DNA of 62,048 nt, the filler included, from Sphacelaria rigidula (lineage: Eukaryota): the NCBI GenBank assembly GCA_964200075.2. It is 11 parts of 11 records of this genome, joined end to end, with 100 filler letters (N's around TTAATTAATTAA, not from the genome) between each part and the next. Parts side by side here need not be neighbours in the genome. Positions count along the whole stretch, not along the records: positions 1 to 5,550 come from CAXNAA020026405.1; positions 5,651 to 11,200 come from CAXNAA020026406.1; positions 11,301 to 16,850 come from CAXNAA020026407.1; 8 more parts are not named here. One strand, given 5' to 3'. Positions 1 through 13,496 of the stretch are shown in pieces; the stretch's first letter is position 1, and the number at the start of each line of letters is the position of its first letter. Position numbers and translations under genes: made by a program. The notes under the pieces were generated by a model that saw only the letters and a list, made by a program, of their open reading frames with translations, did not search any database and had not been told where the DNA came from.

Positions 1-766
1 GAGTGAGGGTGTCAGTGCCAGTGTACCGCTCGGTCTTTTACACTGCGACCATACCAAAACAGGCATATCGTATCGAATATCGATATTCGATACGTATCGA
101 GTCATTTTCGGAATATCGACAAAATTATCGATATCGGCACTTGTGGTTCGATATTCTAAAAATATCTATCGAACTTGATTTTCGGTTCGATATGCAACAC
201 TGGTTGATATGCACCTCTCCTGGACATTAACCCTTTGGGAACCCTTCCCCTCCTGTCCCCGGTCCAGACGCCTCATTATTTCAAGCGCCGACAGAGAAGA
301 AAATATGGGAAAATGAGATACCAACAGCAACCATTTTTACGGCGGAAGGCGACAGAAGAATCCACCGACATACGTCATGCTCGCACCAAAAACGTCGACC
401 CGGTGCGGTCGGATTAATTTCATCGTATGAGGGGACGCAACGAATCAAGTATGTTCAACTTTATGCACACAGCAAGAACCAGTACCGCGGCCTCTGAGTT
501 TCATACGACAAAAATCAGCACCACCTGTATATTTTCTATATATTTAGTCCCGTGTGGCACTGCGGCACACATTCATATAGGTGACGCACCCACACCGGAG
601 TATTGTTGTGCCGCGGTCCGGAGGTCGTACCCGCCCAACACTTGGCAAGCGTGCTAAGCCACATCACAGAAACAAAGTAGTATGGCCGAGCACCCAGAAA
701 TTTTACCATCATGGTCATCATTATTATACAATATAATAGCGAATAATAATAGCGAATAATAATAGC

Positions 767-767
<1 letters not shown>

Positions 768-824
<57 letters not shown>

Positions 825-830
825 TAATAA
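768..830. repeat. (AAT)n microsatellite
   Basis: Direct reading of tandem AAT units. Confidence 0.95.
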
Positions 831-1212
831 TGATAATGATGATATCTATTAATAGTAAAATTTGCTGTTGCTGCTCGGACTGTTTGCCCCGGAAACACTT
901 TTTGTTGGTTCAAGTAGTCGGACCTACTACCCTGTAGCTAGCCGCTGGGAGTAGCCGTTTCCAGAAAATTTAGACTTCATCAAGGGGTAATTGTGGCTGG
1001 ATAGCGATCGAGTTCTACATTACTGGCACACGTGATCTGTCCTGCAATCCTCTTTTCTTTTAGCCGTACAAAGCTCCACCGTTAAATAACAAAATGTCTC
1101 CTGCGCCGACAACGCGCACAAGTGTCGCATGACTGTCTTCGAACCGGACGGCAAAAGCGAAAATCTTACATGCACTTCTCTGAACCGGCCACAAGTATCA
1201 CATGATCATCCT

Positions 1213-1530
1213 TGAGGCCGCTTCCTATGGAAAAAACAAACAAAAATCTGGAAATAAGCCGTTTCGGAGCTTCTACGTCGTTTTACGCCCTAAAATAGAG
1301 TTGGGCGGATTTTGACACCTTGGAATGCCTTGCTGTACTCGTTGCGACGGCTCGAAAACACCTGCGCGTTTTCCCGGTAGCTGCAGTTCTTTTCTTGCCC
1401 AATCTTGTATTTTTCTCGGAGAACGCTCATTTTTGTCGGAGACCAGCCAAGTTCACGCGTAAAATGATGTGAAAGCTCAAAAAAGGCCGTTATTCATTTT
1501 TCTCGTTTGTTTGTCATAATAAGCGGCCTG
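1213..1530. repeat. Degenerate inverted repeat, MITE-like
   Basis: gaggccgctt...aacaaac...ttttacgc (~1213-1290) is the imperfect reverse complement of gcgtaaaatg...tttgtttgt...aagcggcctg (~1457-1530). Confidence 0.5.
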
Positions 1531-4500
1531 AACCAGACGATGAAAATTAAAGTATTACCTGGCCATCTGCTAACCGGTCACGACAGTCACATGACCATCT
1601 CCGGATCGGTTCAGGAACATGGGAAACGTCAAAATTGACACGCGTAACGCCGGTCATGTAAAGGGTCTTGTAAAAAACCCTCGAAAATGCGCGCGCGCGC
1701 GCGCGCGCGTGTGTGTGTGTGCGTGTGCGTGTGTCTGTGTCTATGTCTGTGTGTGTTCGCTTTTCTTTCGACCGTATTTTTGTGTAAGGCTCTTCACATG
1801 ATCAGCGGAGAGTGCACGCGTCTGTTTCACGCGTCCATGTCCCTGAACCGGTTCAAACATTGTGGTACGAACACGGGGTGGGGCCCGAAGGGGTTGATTA
1901 TAAGACACTCCGAGGGCGGATCCTCTCGAAGGATCTCCGAAGCGAGGCGTATTTTCTCGCTTGGTATATACGCAAGGATTGGCCATGACCTGGGTGGCAA
2001 GCAGTGAAGAGTCGAAGCGGTACAGGGTACAGAGCAGAAGTGACTCTCCAGGCATCGACAGTGGCTCCTGTTATATTGAACTCCTCTACTGTCGAGATCT
2101 GGCTACCTACGGTCCGGAAACCCGGCTGTACAGTTATGAGCTATGAGAGTTTCGGGGCTCTCAAACAGTCCAACGGTTGGGCCTGCTCCCGTAACTGCTT
2201 CATCTCCGGTTTACATGCCGTACATATAATCGCTCCGCACATACACTAGAGTGGCTTCCACATAATTGGACTTTGTAGCGCCACCCCGTTTAAAATGGCG
2301 CGAGCGCACCGTGAACACACGCGTTGTGCTTTTGACCCAAAAATCGTTGTCGGCGAGCACACCATGCGTTCTGAGTTGGTTTGATAGCATGTCTGCCCCC
2401 TCGCGTAACACCCCTCAGACGACATTAACCACTATCCCCTAAATAGCTGAAATATACCCCGCAAAGAGGGCTCATCTGATAAAAGGTGAACAAACTACTG
2501 TAGTCCAGAATGGGGTATTCGTATATGTAGACGACAAAGGAGTCGCTTCTCTTGGACTTTCCAATGCTAATACCCGAGTCCGCTAATTGTCGGACGACAA
2601 TACACAGGCGTGACTGAAAAAAATCATCGGTGGGTAAGAACCAAGCAGGGCTGGATACACATTTTCGAAAGTTTGAAGGCATGGCATGTATGCTGCATAC
2701 ATTTAGCGCGCACGGCACGTGGGTGACGAAACGTGATCATCCTCGACGATTTTCCACACGTGACTGGATCATTTTTACGCGCACTTTTGACAGCATGCAC
2801 CCGTACATGAATCAAGTCATCCTACAGTGAGAGGCAAACAAGACACGGATGTAGTGTAGAGAAGACCTGGGCCCTTCCGGGGTCGCAAGTACTTCATTAT
2901 TGTCAGGAAAGTCTTCAAAAAGAATCGTGTGCTGAATCATTATTTGGGTTTAGAGTACGACAAAAACTGCAAAGAACCCTTGAGAATGACACTCGTTAGA
3001 CAAAACCCGTCTCACAAACACCAACTGGCAGCTGGGAGATTACCGTAGGAGATCCGAGCGTAGGCGACGACTGCATCAAGCACCAAAGGCAGATGCTTGC
3101 CACTCTTGCTTGTCCCCTCCGACCATGGCTGGCAGCAGCGGAATTGGGGACGCCAGCCGCCAGCAACAACAAACTACTGTGCGTAAACTGGCGCATATGC
3201 ATTCGGCTGCTGGGTTCTTTCCGCGTATGTGTTCAGTTCTGCAGCATACCGTCTCGACCGTACAGTACGCTCGTTGTTGGCCATCACCCCCCAAACACAC
3301 GTCGTTGCTTTGGGAGACACGGCTGTCAGTGACAGGGTGAGGTGCAGGTGGACATATGACTCTAGGTTGCGGTGCGGTGCGGTGCTGTGCTGCGTTGCGC
3401 TCTACTGCCGCTGCGCTGTGCTGCAGTAGTGCTGCCTGTGTTCTGTGGGGGTATTTACGGACTGCACTTTTCTCGATGAGGGAAAAGGACCGCTTCATCC
3501 TTTCCGAGATAAGAAGGAAGGCAAGCACCGCAGAAGGAAGGTGAAGCACTAAAACAGAACAAAAATAAAACATCTCCTGTTTTGACCTTCCTCCCGCGTG
3601 GCCCCGGCTGATGGGCCCACATGTACCGAAAGATGTAAACTGGCGTGCAGGATACATGGGATCACGACACAGCACACAACACACGTGATGATTACTCTAG
3701 ACGTGTGTTCAGTTCAAAGATGGCCATGCGAGAGCTCGCCCTGCCCGTCCAAAACCTCATATTATTGTTTCGATGAGAAGTGATGAAATATCCGGGATTA
3801 CTAGTACAGGACAGAAGCGATGTACAGAAACCAATGTGCCTTGAGGTTATAGCTTGTTTTTAAGCCGCTTGCTTCATGGCTGGCCATCGCCTATACTGTA
3901 CTATATTACTACTTGGGGAGCGACTATGAGTGGGTGGTGGATGGGCTGGGATTTTCTTTCATGTGCGGGGGATTTGGACAAGGGGAAGACTACGCGAAAT
4001 TCAGTGAGAAACACAACGCAACTCGTGCATTTATGTGCGGCAACATTCACGACATTTCTACGGTGTATAGCACCCCCTCTCCGCGACAACAATTTTCAAC
4101 CCCGTTTCTTCAGAGAGTTGTGATATCACTCACACCAAATCTTGTGGTTGGGGAAGTTTATCAGTATATTTTGACGCTGTGGGATCATTCCTCTCGAGAA
4201 AGCCGAGGTATGTCCATACAAAAAAGCACATGAGGGTGGTATACACCGTGATACGACAAGGTAAGCGTCGAGAGAGGCTACCAATGGCTGCAATACACGA
4301 GCACAACGAGAACCCACTTTCGTCAACACAGAAGTCATTCCCAAATATATCATAGCATCGACTTGCTCTCTACATCACCAAACGCTTCGCCGAAAACGCA
4401 AACGCGTGCACTTGTCACCTGGTCCCCCATCAAAGAACACCACGTGCTGGCTCCTACCAACACCAGTACATCAAGGACAGATACAGTACTGCTGAGGACA

Positions 4501-4546
4501 CTCAAGTCTGCAACCAAGGACAACCATTTGTAGCGCGACATCACAC

Positions 4547-4839
4547 CTCCCAGCTTGACGAAATAGCCACACCGGCGTGCGCTCCACCTTCTCTCCCTTT
4601 GCCGCTCGCACCATGAGGTCGTTCTGCAGTGGAAACTCGTCGTTGATACTCATGCTCAACCGCCGAGGTGTATGCACTACATGTGTCGGTGGATGAGTCG
4701 ATGCAGCATTAATGACAGCTGATCGGCCTTTCGCCAAGGCACCGTTGAATACGAAGGCAGTTGATGGGCAAGGATCGACGAGGCATACCACTACCAACAG
4801 CACGGGGGCGATGCTCGAAACATAGCATGAGGCTCCCAT
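4547..4839 (-). CDS. UROD: Uroporphyrinogen decarboxylase (hemE), plastid-targeted, first exon
   Basis: Translation ends ...[29 protein letters not shown](R), the canonical UROD N-terminal motif. A hydrophobic signal peptide ending STA|F and an S/T/R-rich transit-like segment precede it. Donor AG|GTGTGA follows 4547. No downstream exons recognised on this contig. Confidence 0.93.
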
Positions 4840-5550
4840 ACTGTTGGTGTCGCAGATGACTACGTTGGCCGTGATGGGTTCAACCGCCGGGAGGCTGGTG
4901 CATTAAATTAAACATGAAAATGAAGAAAAAAAATATATAGCGACGTGGATTGGAATATGTGTACGATGACAAAATTGAAAATTGCTTCACGTACAGTGAC
5001 AAGCAAAGTACGCGTTGTATCAACTAGATGTGCCTCACATGAATGTCTCATATATGCCAATAAGCCAACATTGTTTCCTTCGAAGTGCTTTGCTTTGTGA
5101 ACGGAAAAATAATGATTGTTTTTGGGGACAGTATTATGCCGATTTCATTTTTTTGCGAGAATCGGAACCTGCGCAACTTCACCAGTGAACCTCTCATGTA
5201 TATCAAGCACCCCCCCCCTCCCCCCGGTATGCAGCTCACACACATATATATATGCGCTCGTCCCAAGGGCGATATTCGATCGTCTTGTTATACCATTCGA
5301 GTACCCCTACCTGCATGCCGTGCGAGATGACGACATACGTGTTCTCGGCCCGATGATAATTTTTGCTACCTTTTCTCCACGGTCACGTTCTCAGTAAAGT
5401 AATGACGGTGTACTTGTTGTTGTCTTCACATTAAAAACCGTTTCGATGTCTGCGCGGTACATTCGTACTGGGCATCTGATGCGGACGCCTTCCGTGGTCA
5501 CAGGCTAGCAAAAACAAAAACAAAACAAAATAGACCCAGATTAAAAGTCA

Positions 5551-5650
5551 NNNNNNNNNNNNNNNNNNNNNNNNNNNNNNNNNNNNNNNNNNNNTTAATT
5601 AATTAANNNNNNNNNNNNNNNNNNNNNNNNNNNNNNNNNNNNNNNNNNNN
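5551..5650. other. Artificial contig linker N44-TTAATTAATTAA-N44 (six-frame stop spacer), one of ten
   Basis: Identical 100-nt linkers at 5551, 11201, 16851, 22501, 28151, 33801, 39451, 45101, 50751 and 56400. The segments between them are 5550 bp (nine) then 5549 bp (two), as expected for length-sorted unplaced contigs. Confidence 0.98.
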
Positions 5651-6437
5651 TTTTAGGCTTGAGCCTCAGCTCGAAGTTAAACCTCAATTCGCACAATTTG
5701 TTGTTCAGATGTAACATCAACGAGGATAGGTACCTCACGCCCGCACACGGCCGCCGTCAGACCGCCACTGAATTATACTCGATAGTCGTGACACACCATA
5801 CGAGACGTTTTTCAGGAGACGGCAGGCAGAAACTCTGTATTTTCACCCACGAAGTCATTTCCATAGAATAATGGCTTAATGAAGAATCTGAAGTGCATCA
5901 TCAAGTTCCTGTCCGTCGATTGGGAATCATGACATCCAGCTTGAACGATTGAAAATGGCGGCGTCATTGCGATACATTGACCTGCCCGCAGGATAATCGG
6001 ACAAAGTGACATCTCAGTCCCTCAAAGTACTGTATCGCGAGTCAGGGTAGGTATCGGCATCGAGCTGTGGACCAGAGCAATCGTTTCAGCCATGCCACGT
6101 AGCATGCTTCCATATCAACTAACGTGGCACGAATCAGTGTCTGGATACCACGATCGGTTGTCTAGGCGATTTGATGGTGAAGACTTTTCAGTGTACTTTT
6201 TCGTTCCTGGAAACGGTTGGTCCCTTATCTTTTGATAAACCACAAACTCTTGTAGCTCGACCACACGAATGAGTATCCAAGATAACATCGATTTATAACC
6301 AACGGTGCCATCACGGTCTTGCTATACAACGAATCATATATCATGAATATCCACCATGGATAACCGTCATGGATATGGATATCCATGATGGACACGGACA
6401 TCCATTGTGGCACGGATATCCACGATGGGTATCCCAT

Positions 6438-6653
6438 TGTAATGCGCGGGAGGACCGCGTGCTTAGAGGACCGCATCGTAGTCCAAAATACCTCAGGATC
6501 GTCTTTTTTCAAACCCGATCGGGCTAATCCCTGCAGGGACCACACCCCTGACCCCAACCCCAACACTAACCCTGATCCTAACCCCAACCCTACCATAGGG
6601 GTGTTGAAATTCCGATGCGATCCTCTAAGCACGCGGTCCTCTCACGCATTACA
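6438..6653. mobile_element. MITE with ~40-bp TIRs and telomere-like internal motif, copy 1
   Basis: TGTAATGCG(C/T)G(G/A)GAGGACCGCGTGCTTAGAGGACCGCATCG at one end, its reverse complement at the other; internal CCCTAA/CCCCAA-like run. Inserted in an ATGGATATCCAT-rich repeat. Confidence 0.85.
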
Positions 6654-6909
6654 CCGTATGAATATCAACATGGATTTGATATCCCAGCTGAATGTCCAAT
6701 ATGAATTGCGTATCCATGATGGACTTTGCACGATAATACATGTCTCTCGGTGCCGGAGCTCCCCTGCGAATGCTAGTTGACGCAAGGCAACCTATATCCT
6801 TCACTCGGGGAATACCCCCCCCCCCCCCCCCCCCCCCCCTCCCCCCCCCACCCCCCGGGGCCCCCCCCCGCCCGGTGGGGGGGGAGCCCCCGGGGGCGTG
6901 TGAGGGGTT

Positions 6910-7074
6910 GGCGATGACGCTATGAAACACGCCACTCACTGTGTAAGCTAGGTAACCAGGTTACCGATTTTGTTTTGTGCGCTTGCGTTTGTTTTGCGGT
7001 AACCATGATGGTGGTCGAGCCAGATCATGTTGTGCGGCGTGGGAGAGCCTCAACTCCGCACGATGGGGATGATC
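6910..7074 (+). repeat. Dispersed repeat homologous to 27986-28150
   Basis: gatgacgctat(g/a)aaacacgccactcactg...aaccatgatggtggtcgagc.agatcatgttgtgcggcgtgggaga...ggggatgatc is shared by both sites. Confidence 0.85.
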
Positions 7075-8983
7075 TTATGTACATGTATCATTTCACATTT
7101 TTCACCACTTTTGTCGAGTTTCTCTGGCGGCAAGGCATCTTATCACGCGGTTTCTTTTGCAGTGCACCAAGAAGGCACAGCGGTACATTTACTTTTCAGG
7201 TTTGGGTGTCATCTGATACCTGTGGCGCGTGTTATGGCCATCGAAAGTCACCCACACTGGCTCTTTTTCGCGGGGTGTCGATCTCGAACCACAAACGTCT
7301 CTTCAAGATTCTGGAAAACTTCAAACAGGAACCTGAACAACTAAAGCCTGCGTTCATGGTGGGGTATTTCTTTGCATTCTCGTTGAGTCGGGAGCATCAA
7401 GACAGCGGTTATATGCAGCGAATGTCACGAGAAAATGAGAGCAAAGCAGTTGAAAGCAATTGAACATTGCCTTCGCATTAGTCAGCAGCAAAAACAAGAC
7501 AATGTAATAAGCCGTTAGCGAGTTGAACAAGGCACACCCGTGGGCAAACGTCCCGACTTTGGGTCAGTTGTGTAGGACCAGCGCAGGGGGGTGACGAAAT
7601 CCCTGTGATCATGCAACCCGTGAAAGAGAGTTCCCTCAAAGGATCCACTTGTGAAGTACCGGCGCAGTTATGTCCTTGTGACAGGGTTGACAGAGATGTC
7701 CTTGTGACAAGGATGTATCCCTACGCAAGTACTTCACAGAAAGGACCTGAAGAAATGTACGTAAAAAATGGTTGGTACTATGGAGGTGCCAACAACCCTA
7801 ACGCCACCACTAACCCTACCACCTACCAAGGCATACGGAGAACTCTCGGGCAAGGGAGGTGCAGAGTGTTTCTTAATTAAAGCGTGTGCTGCGAGAGCTC
7901 AAACCGACGCCTTTGAGCCGATTCTGGACCAAAACACGTTCTGGACGAGCTGGTTCTACTGCTCACCACTGCTCACCTGCCCCAAATAATGATTTTTCTC
8001 GAAAATTTCTTTATTATGAAATCAAGTAAAATCGAGTATCAATCATTGTTCATGTACATTTCTTTAGGTCTACCAGTGTTGCGCCAAAAAAAAACTCAAT
8101 GTGTGCCGATTTTCGCATACAAGAGTGGTCGTATGAATTATCAGCTGGAATCATCCGCAAAGTAGGTGTAGTCCATACGAGCGAGGGGTCCCAGAGGGAG
8201 CACCTACGGCCCCACATGCGGCATATCTGAAAAGCTATGTTCAAGGCTGAATTCTCGGCACAAATTACAGGCTGAGAACGCCATTATGGCTCGCGTTCGG
8301 TGGTATGCATGGTGTTGCTCGGTACGGGTTCCTTGTGGGCCCCATGATACGACGATGGGTGGCGACCACGCTTCGCGTTCCAGCGCATCACCACGCCTAG
8401 GGCGTTGTATATGGAGTGTGCAATCCACCTGAAAAATAAGCATCTCAATTGATTTCGAAGAAACCGAGAACAGCACGATTGTTTGCATCCATGTCTGGCG
8501 GTGCAGCTGATGGACTTGACATTTGAAAACTCCGTCATGACCAATATATAAAGGGCAGTATAAGCTGTAATGCGCTGATGAGATGTAATTCTACAGACAG
8601 TACCCGTACCGTAATACGAAATACCGCGTAACCGCATCTCATGTTTATTCGGATGCTTTCACTTTCCAACGGTAAACTCTCACTTTCCAGTGCAACTTTG
8701 CTTGTGGATTTCTCGCCTGCGACTGCGCGTTCTATTATAAAACTTTGCAGACTAGTCAAACACAATACAGACAGCATATGCGCCGCGCGATTGGGCCCAA
8801 GACTTTCCTACAACATGACCACAAGCGATTCCGGGGAATGCCGTCCGTGCGCCCTCAAATCGGCTACGCAGCAACCCAGACTTTGCGCACTACAGGCCAA
8901 TGCATATATGCACGCGCAGATGCATAAACTTGGACATATTGAGCGGCTGGGCGGCCGATGTGGTAGCAAACTGGTACCGGTCT

Positions 8984-9310
8984 CACCCGTGGACAAAAGA
9001 CACCCTGTGGGACACGTCTACAGGGTTCGGGGAAACTGTGCAGTGTTACTCATGGGGATTTGACTGTAGGGTATTATTTTGTGCCCACAGGACGCTTCAC
9101 AGGGTTCGTCACCCCGTGTAGTGTTCATTGCTGTTAATACGCTGTACAGTACTTTTACGCATATACAATATACTCGATCTTGCAGCACGGGCGCAGTACT
9201 GGCGAAAACACAGTTCACTTGTGACAGGGATGGGTATCGAACTCGCACTCCAGTGTCAACGAGACGACCGCGCTGAGCATTAAACCACCTATAACTTGTT
9301 ATTAGCGTGG
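8984..9310 (+). mobile_element. Terminal arm of the long-TIR element family also at 52557-54027
   Basis: caccctgtggg(a/g)cacgtctacagggttc.gggaaactgtgcag...ggggatttgactgtagggtattattttgtg matches the arm starting at 52557. Confidence 0.8.
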
Positions 9311-9598
9311 ACATTATTTTTGGGCTTTTAATGGATATATCAAGCAATATAACTTCAGAAACAAAAACATGAGCACCCTTATTGTGTGATTCCGAAATGG
9401 TTGCCTGTTGGCAACTTCGGGGGAAAAGCGCTCTCCCGGGTGTAATTTACCCCTGGAGTTTGACCTTAGGAACCTCAGCAATTCTGTACTTCGAAGTACT
9501 TGCATATTATACGGTATAGACTATGTCCCGAGATCCACGCAAATCACCCCTAACACTAACACTTTTGTTCTCAGCTATATCCGCACTACCCTATATAC

Positions 9599-9802
9599 TG
9601 TAATGCGTGAGAGGACCGCGTGCTTAAAAGACCGCATCAGAATTTGAACATCCGTATGGTTGGGGTTAGGGTTAGTGTTGGGGTTAGGATCAGGGGCATG
9701 GTAACTGCAGGGACTGGCCCAGTTGGTTTTGAAAAACGTCGATCCTGAGGTATTTTTCATACGATGCGGTCCTCTGAGCACGCGGTCCTCTCACGCATTA
9801 CA
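9599..9802. mobile_element. MITE, copy 2 (opposite orientation to 6438-6653)
   Basis: Same TIRs; the internal GGGGTTAGGGTTAGTGTTGGGGTTAGG is the reverse complement of the copy 1 interior. Confidence 0.85.
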
Positions 9803-10205
9803 CTACTGTCGGTAGCAAAGAGCACAAGTTGGGCACAGGGATATAGATACACACTGTCATGGTTGGGTATGAGGTATTTCTTGTTCGTGCATGGCAACGT
9901 GCGCATCTTCTTTCATGGTCGTGCGGCATATCGTATGGCGACGGATCGAACCACCATATGCACGCGGGGTATATATAGCACGCGTATACTCGGCGCATAT
10001 ACTTGATGCATGGGTGCAGGCATCGTCAGTACAAAGCTGTACGTTGCTCAAGTCCTTTTCACGTCGCAGTGTAGGCAGAGAACAGATATAGTCCTACGCT
10101 GTCTGTACTGTACTTTCCCCGCCTCCTTTCCATGCCCTGCTTACTGCGTGCTGCACTTCCGTGCGCGCGTCCTGTGTGAACTCTGTAGTTATACTCCTGA
10201 CGATA

Positions 10206-10498
10206 CACGGGTGCCCACTGGGGCCTGTAACCTGACCTTTTTGGGACCTTATCCACATTTGGTGAGGTGCGCGGATTAGGTGGACAACTGAAGAGCATTC
10301 GCACAGCATGGATAGGTTCGAAACAAAACATGTTCCAGTCTACAGGGGAGTCACCCGCCAATAGACTAGGACATGTTTTGTTTTGATCCTGTCCAGGCTG
10401 TGCGAATGCTCCTCAGTTGTCTACCCAATCCGCGGACCTTACCAAAGGTGGATAAGGTCCCAAAATGGCAAGGTTACAGACCCCAGTGGCCACCCATG
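10206..10498. mobile_element. Foldback MITE with TA target-site duplication (Tc1/mariner-type)
   Basis: TA|CACGGGTGCCCACTGGGG...CCCCAGTGGCCACCCATG|TA; near-complete palindrome with ~135-bp arms. Confidence 0.85.
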
Positions 10499-10819
10499 TA
10501 TATAACACCCCCGTATATCAAAATATAAGCTGCAGCGTATATCCACATTGCATAGCCATACGTAGCGCATATGCCGCGCTCACTCTGCAGTATATAGCAC
10601 CGGACGTATGAGCACGCTGTATTGCGTTGTCCTGCATGGTGTTATACAGTTTATCGTTGTGATTATATAGACCACGGCTGGACCCCTTCTGCGGGGTCAG
10701 TCAAAGCGTGCGACAGGCAATCAACCAATCAATCTCTCTATCTATCATCCCCATCAGAGTATATACATATACATGTATACCGCGATCAATTTTGTTTTGC
10801 GTTTATGCTAAAAATCATT

Positions 10820-11130
10820 TGGTTTGTGTTATTGGTAGGCACTGGAGCGCGGGGTTTTCATGAGATATGTGCATTCATATGTGAGGTATATACCATCAAC
10901 CCAGCATATTTACCACGCCTGCAGCGGAAGCGTCGCTTCGAAGCACAGGCGTGTGGACATACACTCGTAAGCAGTGTGTGGGATCTCTATTCAGCAAAAG
11001 CTGTTGAGAATTCATATCCTTCAGCCTAACTGGTACATGAACTGGGGGGTAAGGGGATGAATTACTTTCAACAACTCTTCCTGCGTCTTGGATCCCATAC
11101 GCTGATAACGGTGCAGTATGCGGGATCTCC
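10820..11130 (+). repeat. Internal segment of the long-TIR element, homologous to ~53030-53330
   Basis: Shared blocks gcgtgtggacatacactcg, ttcagcaaaagctgttgagaatt and ggatcccata.gctgat.acggtgcagt. Confidence 0.8.
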
Positions 11131-11484
11131 ACAGTTAACAGGGTTGCCAGAAAAATGAGAAGGTATTTTGAAATGAGAATCAACCGCTCCCCGGGATTGT
11201 NNNNNNNNNNNNNNNNNNNNNNNNNNNNNNNNNNNNNNNNNNNNTTAATTAATTAANNNNNNNNNNNNNNNNNNNNNNNNNNNNNNNNNNNNNNNNNNNN
11301 GGTTAGTGTACTTGGTGTGTATGGGAATGAGTGTTGACTTGATATATGTACAGAAAATAGTATGGGCGAACCCCCCCCGCCCCCCCCCCTTTTTACCACT
11401 CACTCGAGGTGCGTCTGTGAACAAGGAGGAGGACCCTAGTCTCACGTGCCCCACGATCGTCGGTGACTTGTCCTCCAACCACAG

Positions 11485-11596
11485 GGATTTAAAGCCGGCG
11501 AACATTGGATTGTGCGGGGAAGGGCACGTGAAAGTGTTCGACCTGGGGCTGTCGGCGGTGCAAGAGCATCGTGGAAATTCCAACGATAAGTACGAG
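11485..11596 (+). CDS. Protein kinase (TKL-like), internal exon with subdomains VIb-VII
   Basis: (R)DLKPANIGLCGEGHVKVFDLGLSAVQEHRGNSNDKYE; acceptor ccacag and donor GAG|GTGAGG. Confidence 0.9.
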
Positions 11597-13496
11597 GTGA
11601 GGCAGTTATACTTGATTTTTTTTCAACTTTCAGGTTTCCGTTCGTTCCTGCTGACAGACTACTCAATTCCATGTATTTGTTCGTAACACGCATAGTAGAT
11701 AGTAGTGCTAGTATCGCATGTGTACTCGTATTATAGTGTACAAGTGGGCAATCGGAGGTATACTGTGAAGTAGCACGTGTAACCAGTACATCTGACCGAG
11801 CAACAGGGAAGATAAGTACTTGTACAGGCGGCAGGAGTTGCCCCCTTTTGCTCTGTTTTCCCAAAGGGTACGTATTTAAATCTACCTGCCAATTTCGTTT
11901 GCCACAGCCTCATCAATCTATACGGCAGCATTTTTTTACTTTCCCAACAATCCAGCTCTCATCCGTCTCTCGCTGTACTTTGTTGACACGTCGAATGATT
12001 GACCCAAGTATCATGATAAACAGCGATAATAGAGGTTGAAATTGTTCCGAATACATGCGGGGTTTTACAAACTGCGAATGGATTTTTATTGAAGATCAGC
12101 GAGGCCAGACATCGCGACCGAGCAATGCTACGGCAGGAGTGCAGTTTTTGCACAAAATCTTGTCTAGTTCGGGGGCTCCTAACGATTATAGATGCACAAG
12201 AATATGGGTCAAGGCATCCCCGTTTGCAAATCCATTTGGGATATCCCTAGCACATTGAGATAGTAAGCTTGGCATACTTTCACCTATTTCGTAAGTCTTG
12301 TTTTGGATGAGATAAAGGGCTCCTGACAAGTCTAACCTCAGAAAGTAATTATGCACCCCTGACGTACCACATCACTCCGACCGGAGAGTGCATTTATGTT
12401 TTTTTCGGAAATATTTCGATCCTCATAACGGTTCCCAAGGTTCATCCCCCTCCCCGAAAATCCATTCACTCGTAATTTGTATAACCCCGTGTTCTGACCT
12501 ATCCTCGAACATTTTGAAGTAAAAATGAGGATAATTTTTAAAATCAAAACAGGCAACACTTTTTTTCAGCCCCTGGTGGGTTTGTGTCGAGTGGTTGCTT
12601 GCGAAACGTAGGAGCCTGTGTTGTGTTTTCATCTCACCTATTCTGCACTCTGCACCTTCCGGTGCATGTGGGCGCACCAGCCGGGATCACACACGAGGAA
12701 GGCCAACACAGTCTGTTTATAAGCCTAGCTATATATATATATATAAAACGGGGGGGGGGGGAACTCCTCTCAGTGAGATGATGCATAATAATATCGAATA
12801 CAGGTGGTGGCGATATTGCCTGTTTCGGGGATATAGACGGTGTTGAATGTCCCGAAACTCAGGAACAAAAACAAAGAAAATCTAGTCGGTAACTGGCTTC
12901 AAAAGTGCTTACCGTTTCGTTCGCATGCGAAAAGTCCCCAGCACCTCTGAAAGAAGTAGATTGGTGTCTAATCATCAACAGTCAATAATTACTTGAAAAA
13001 AGGTACCCCCTACCCTACCCTACCCCTACATTTTGATAAAGTGATTAATCATCACAATGGCCCCGTCACTGATATCTCCATCTACCCGGACGTAAAACAC
13101 TTGAAGAAGACTACTCGTACCCGGCACCGATGATCGTAGACACGTGAGAGCAATGGGATAGTGGCGAATGACTGGTGTGCACCGCTTGGGTGTTGGCAAC
13201 ATAACGTCCTTTTTTTAAGGATGCCTCGAAGAAGTCGTGAGCGGTCGCCTGGGATTTTTTTTGTCAGCAACGCAAGTTCAAAGGCAGAACTGCCGCGATG
13301 ATCAGTGCGGTTATGGGTACTATCTTAAAAAAGGTGGTATGACGCTACAAATGAAGGTTCCTTCGCTCTTCGCTAAACTCTTCTATGCTTCGGTCCCCTT
13401 GTTCTTCATCCGCCTCCTTGAAAGTTTTACCTCACCTCTGCTCTGCCCCCCCTGCGCCCCTGCCCCCCTTTGCCGGCGCGAAATCCTCTGAAACAG

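Noticed and set aside
227..245. TTAA-CCCTTT piggyBac-like terminus
   Set aside because: No matching opposite end found on the contig.
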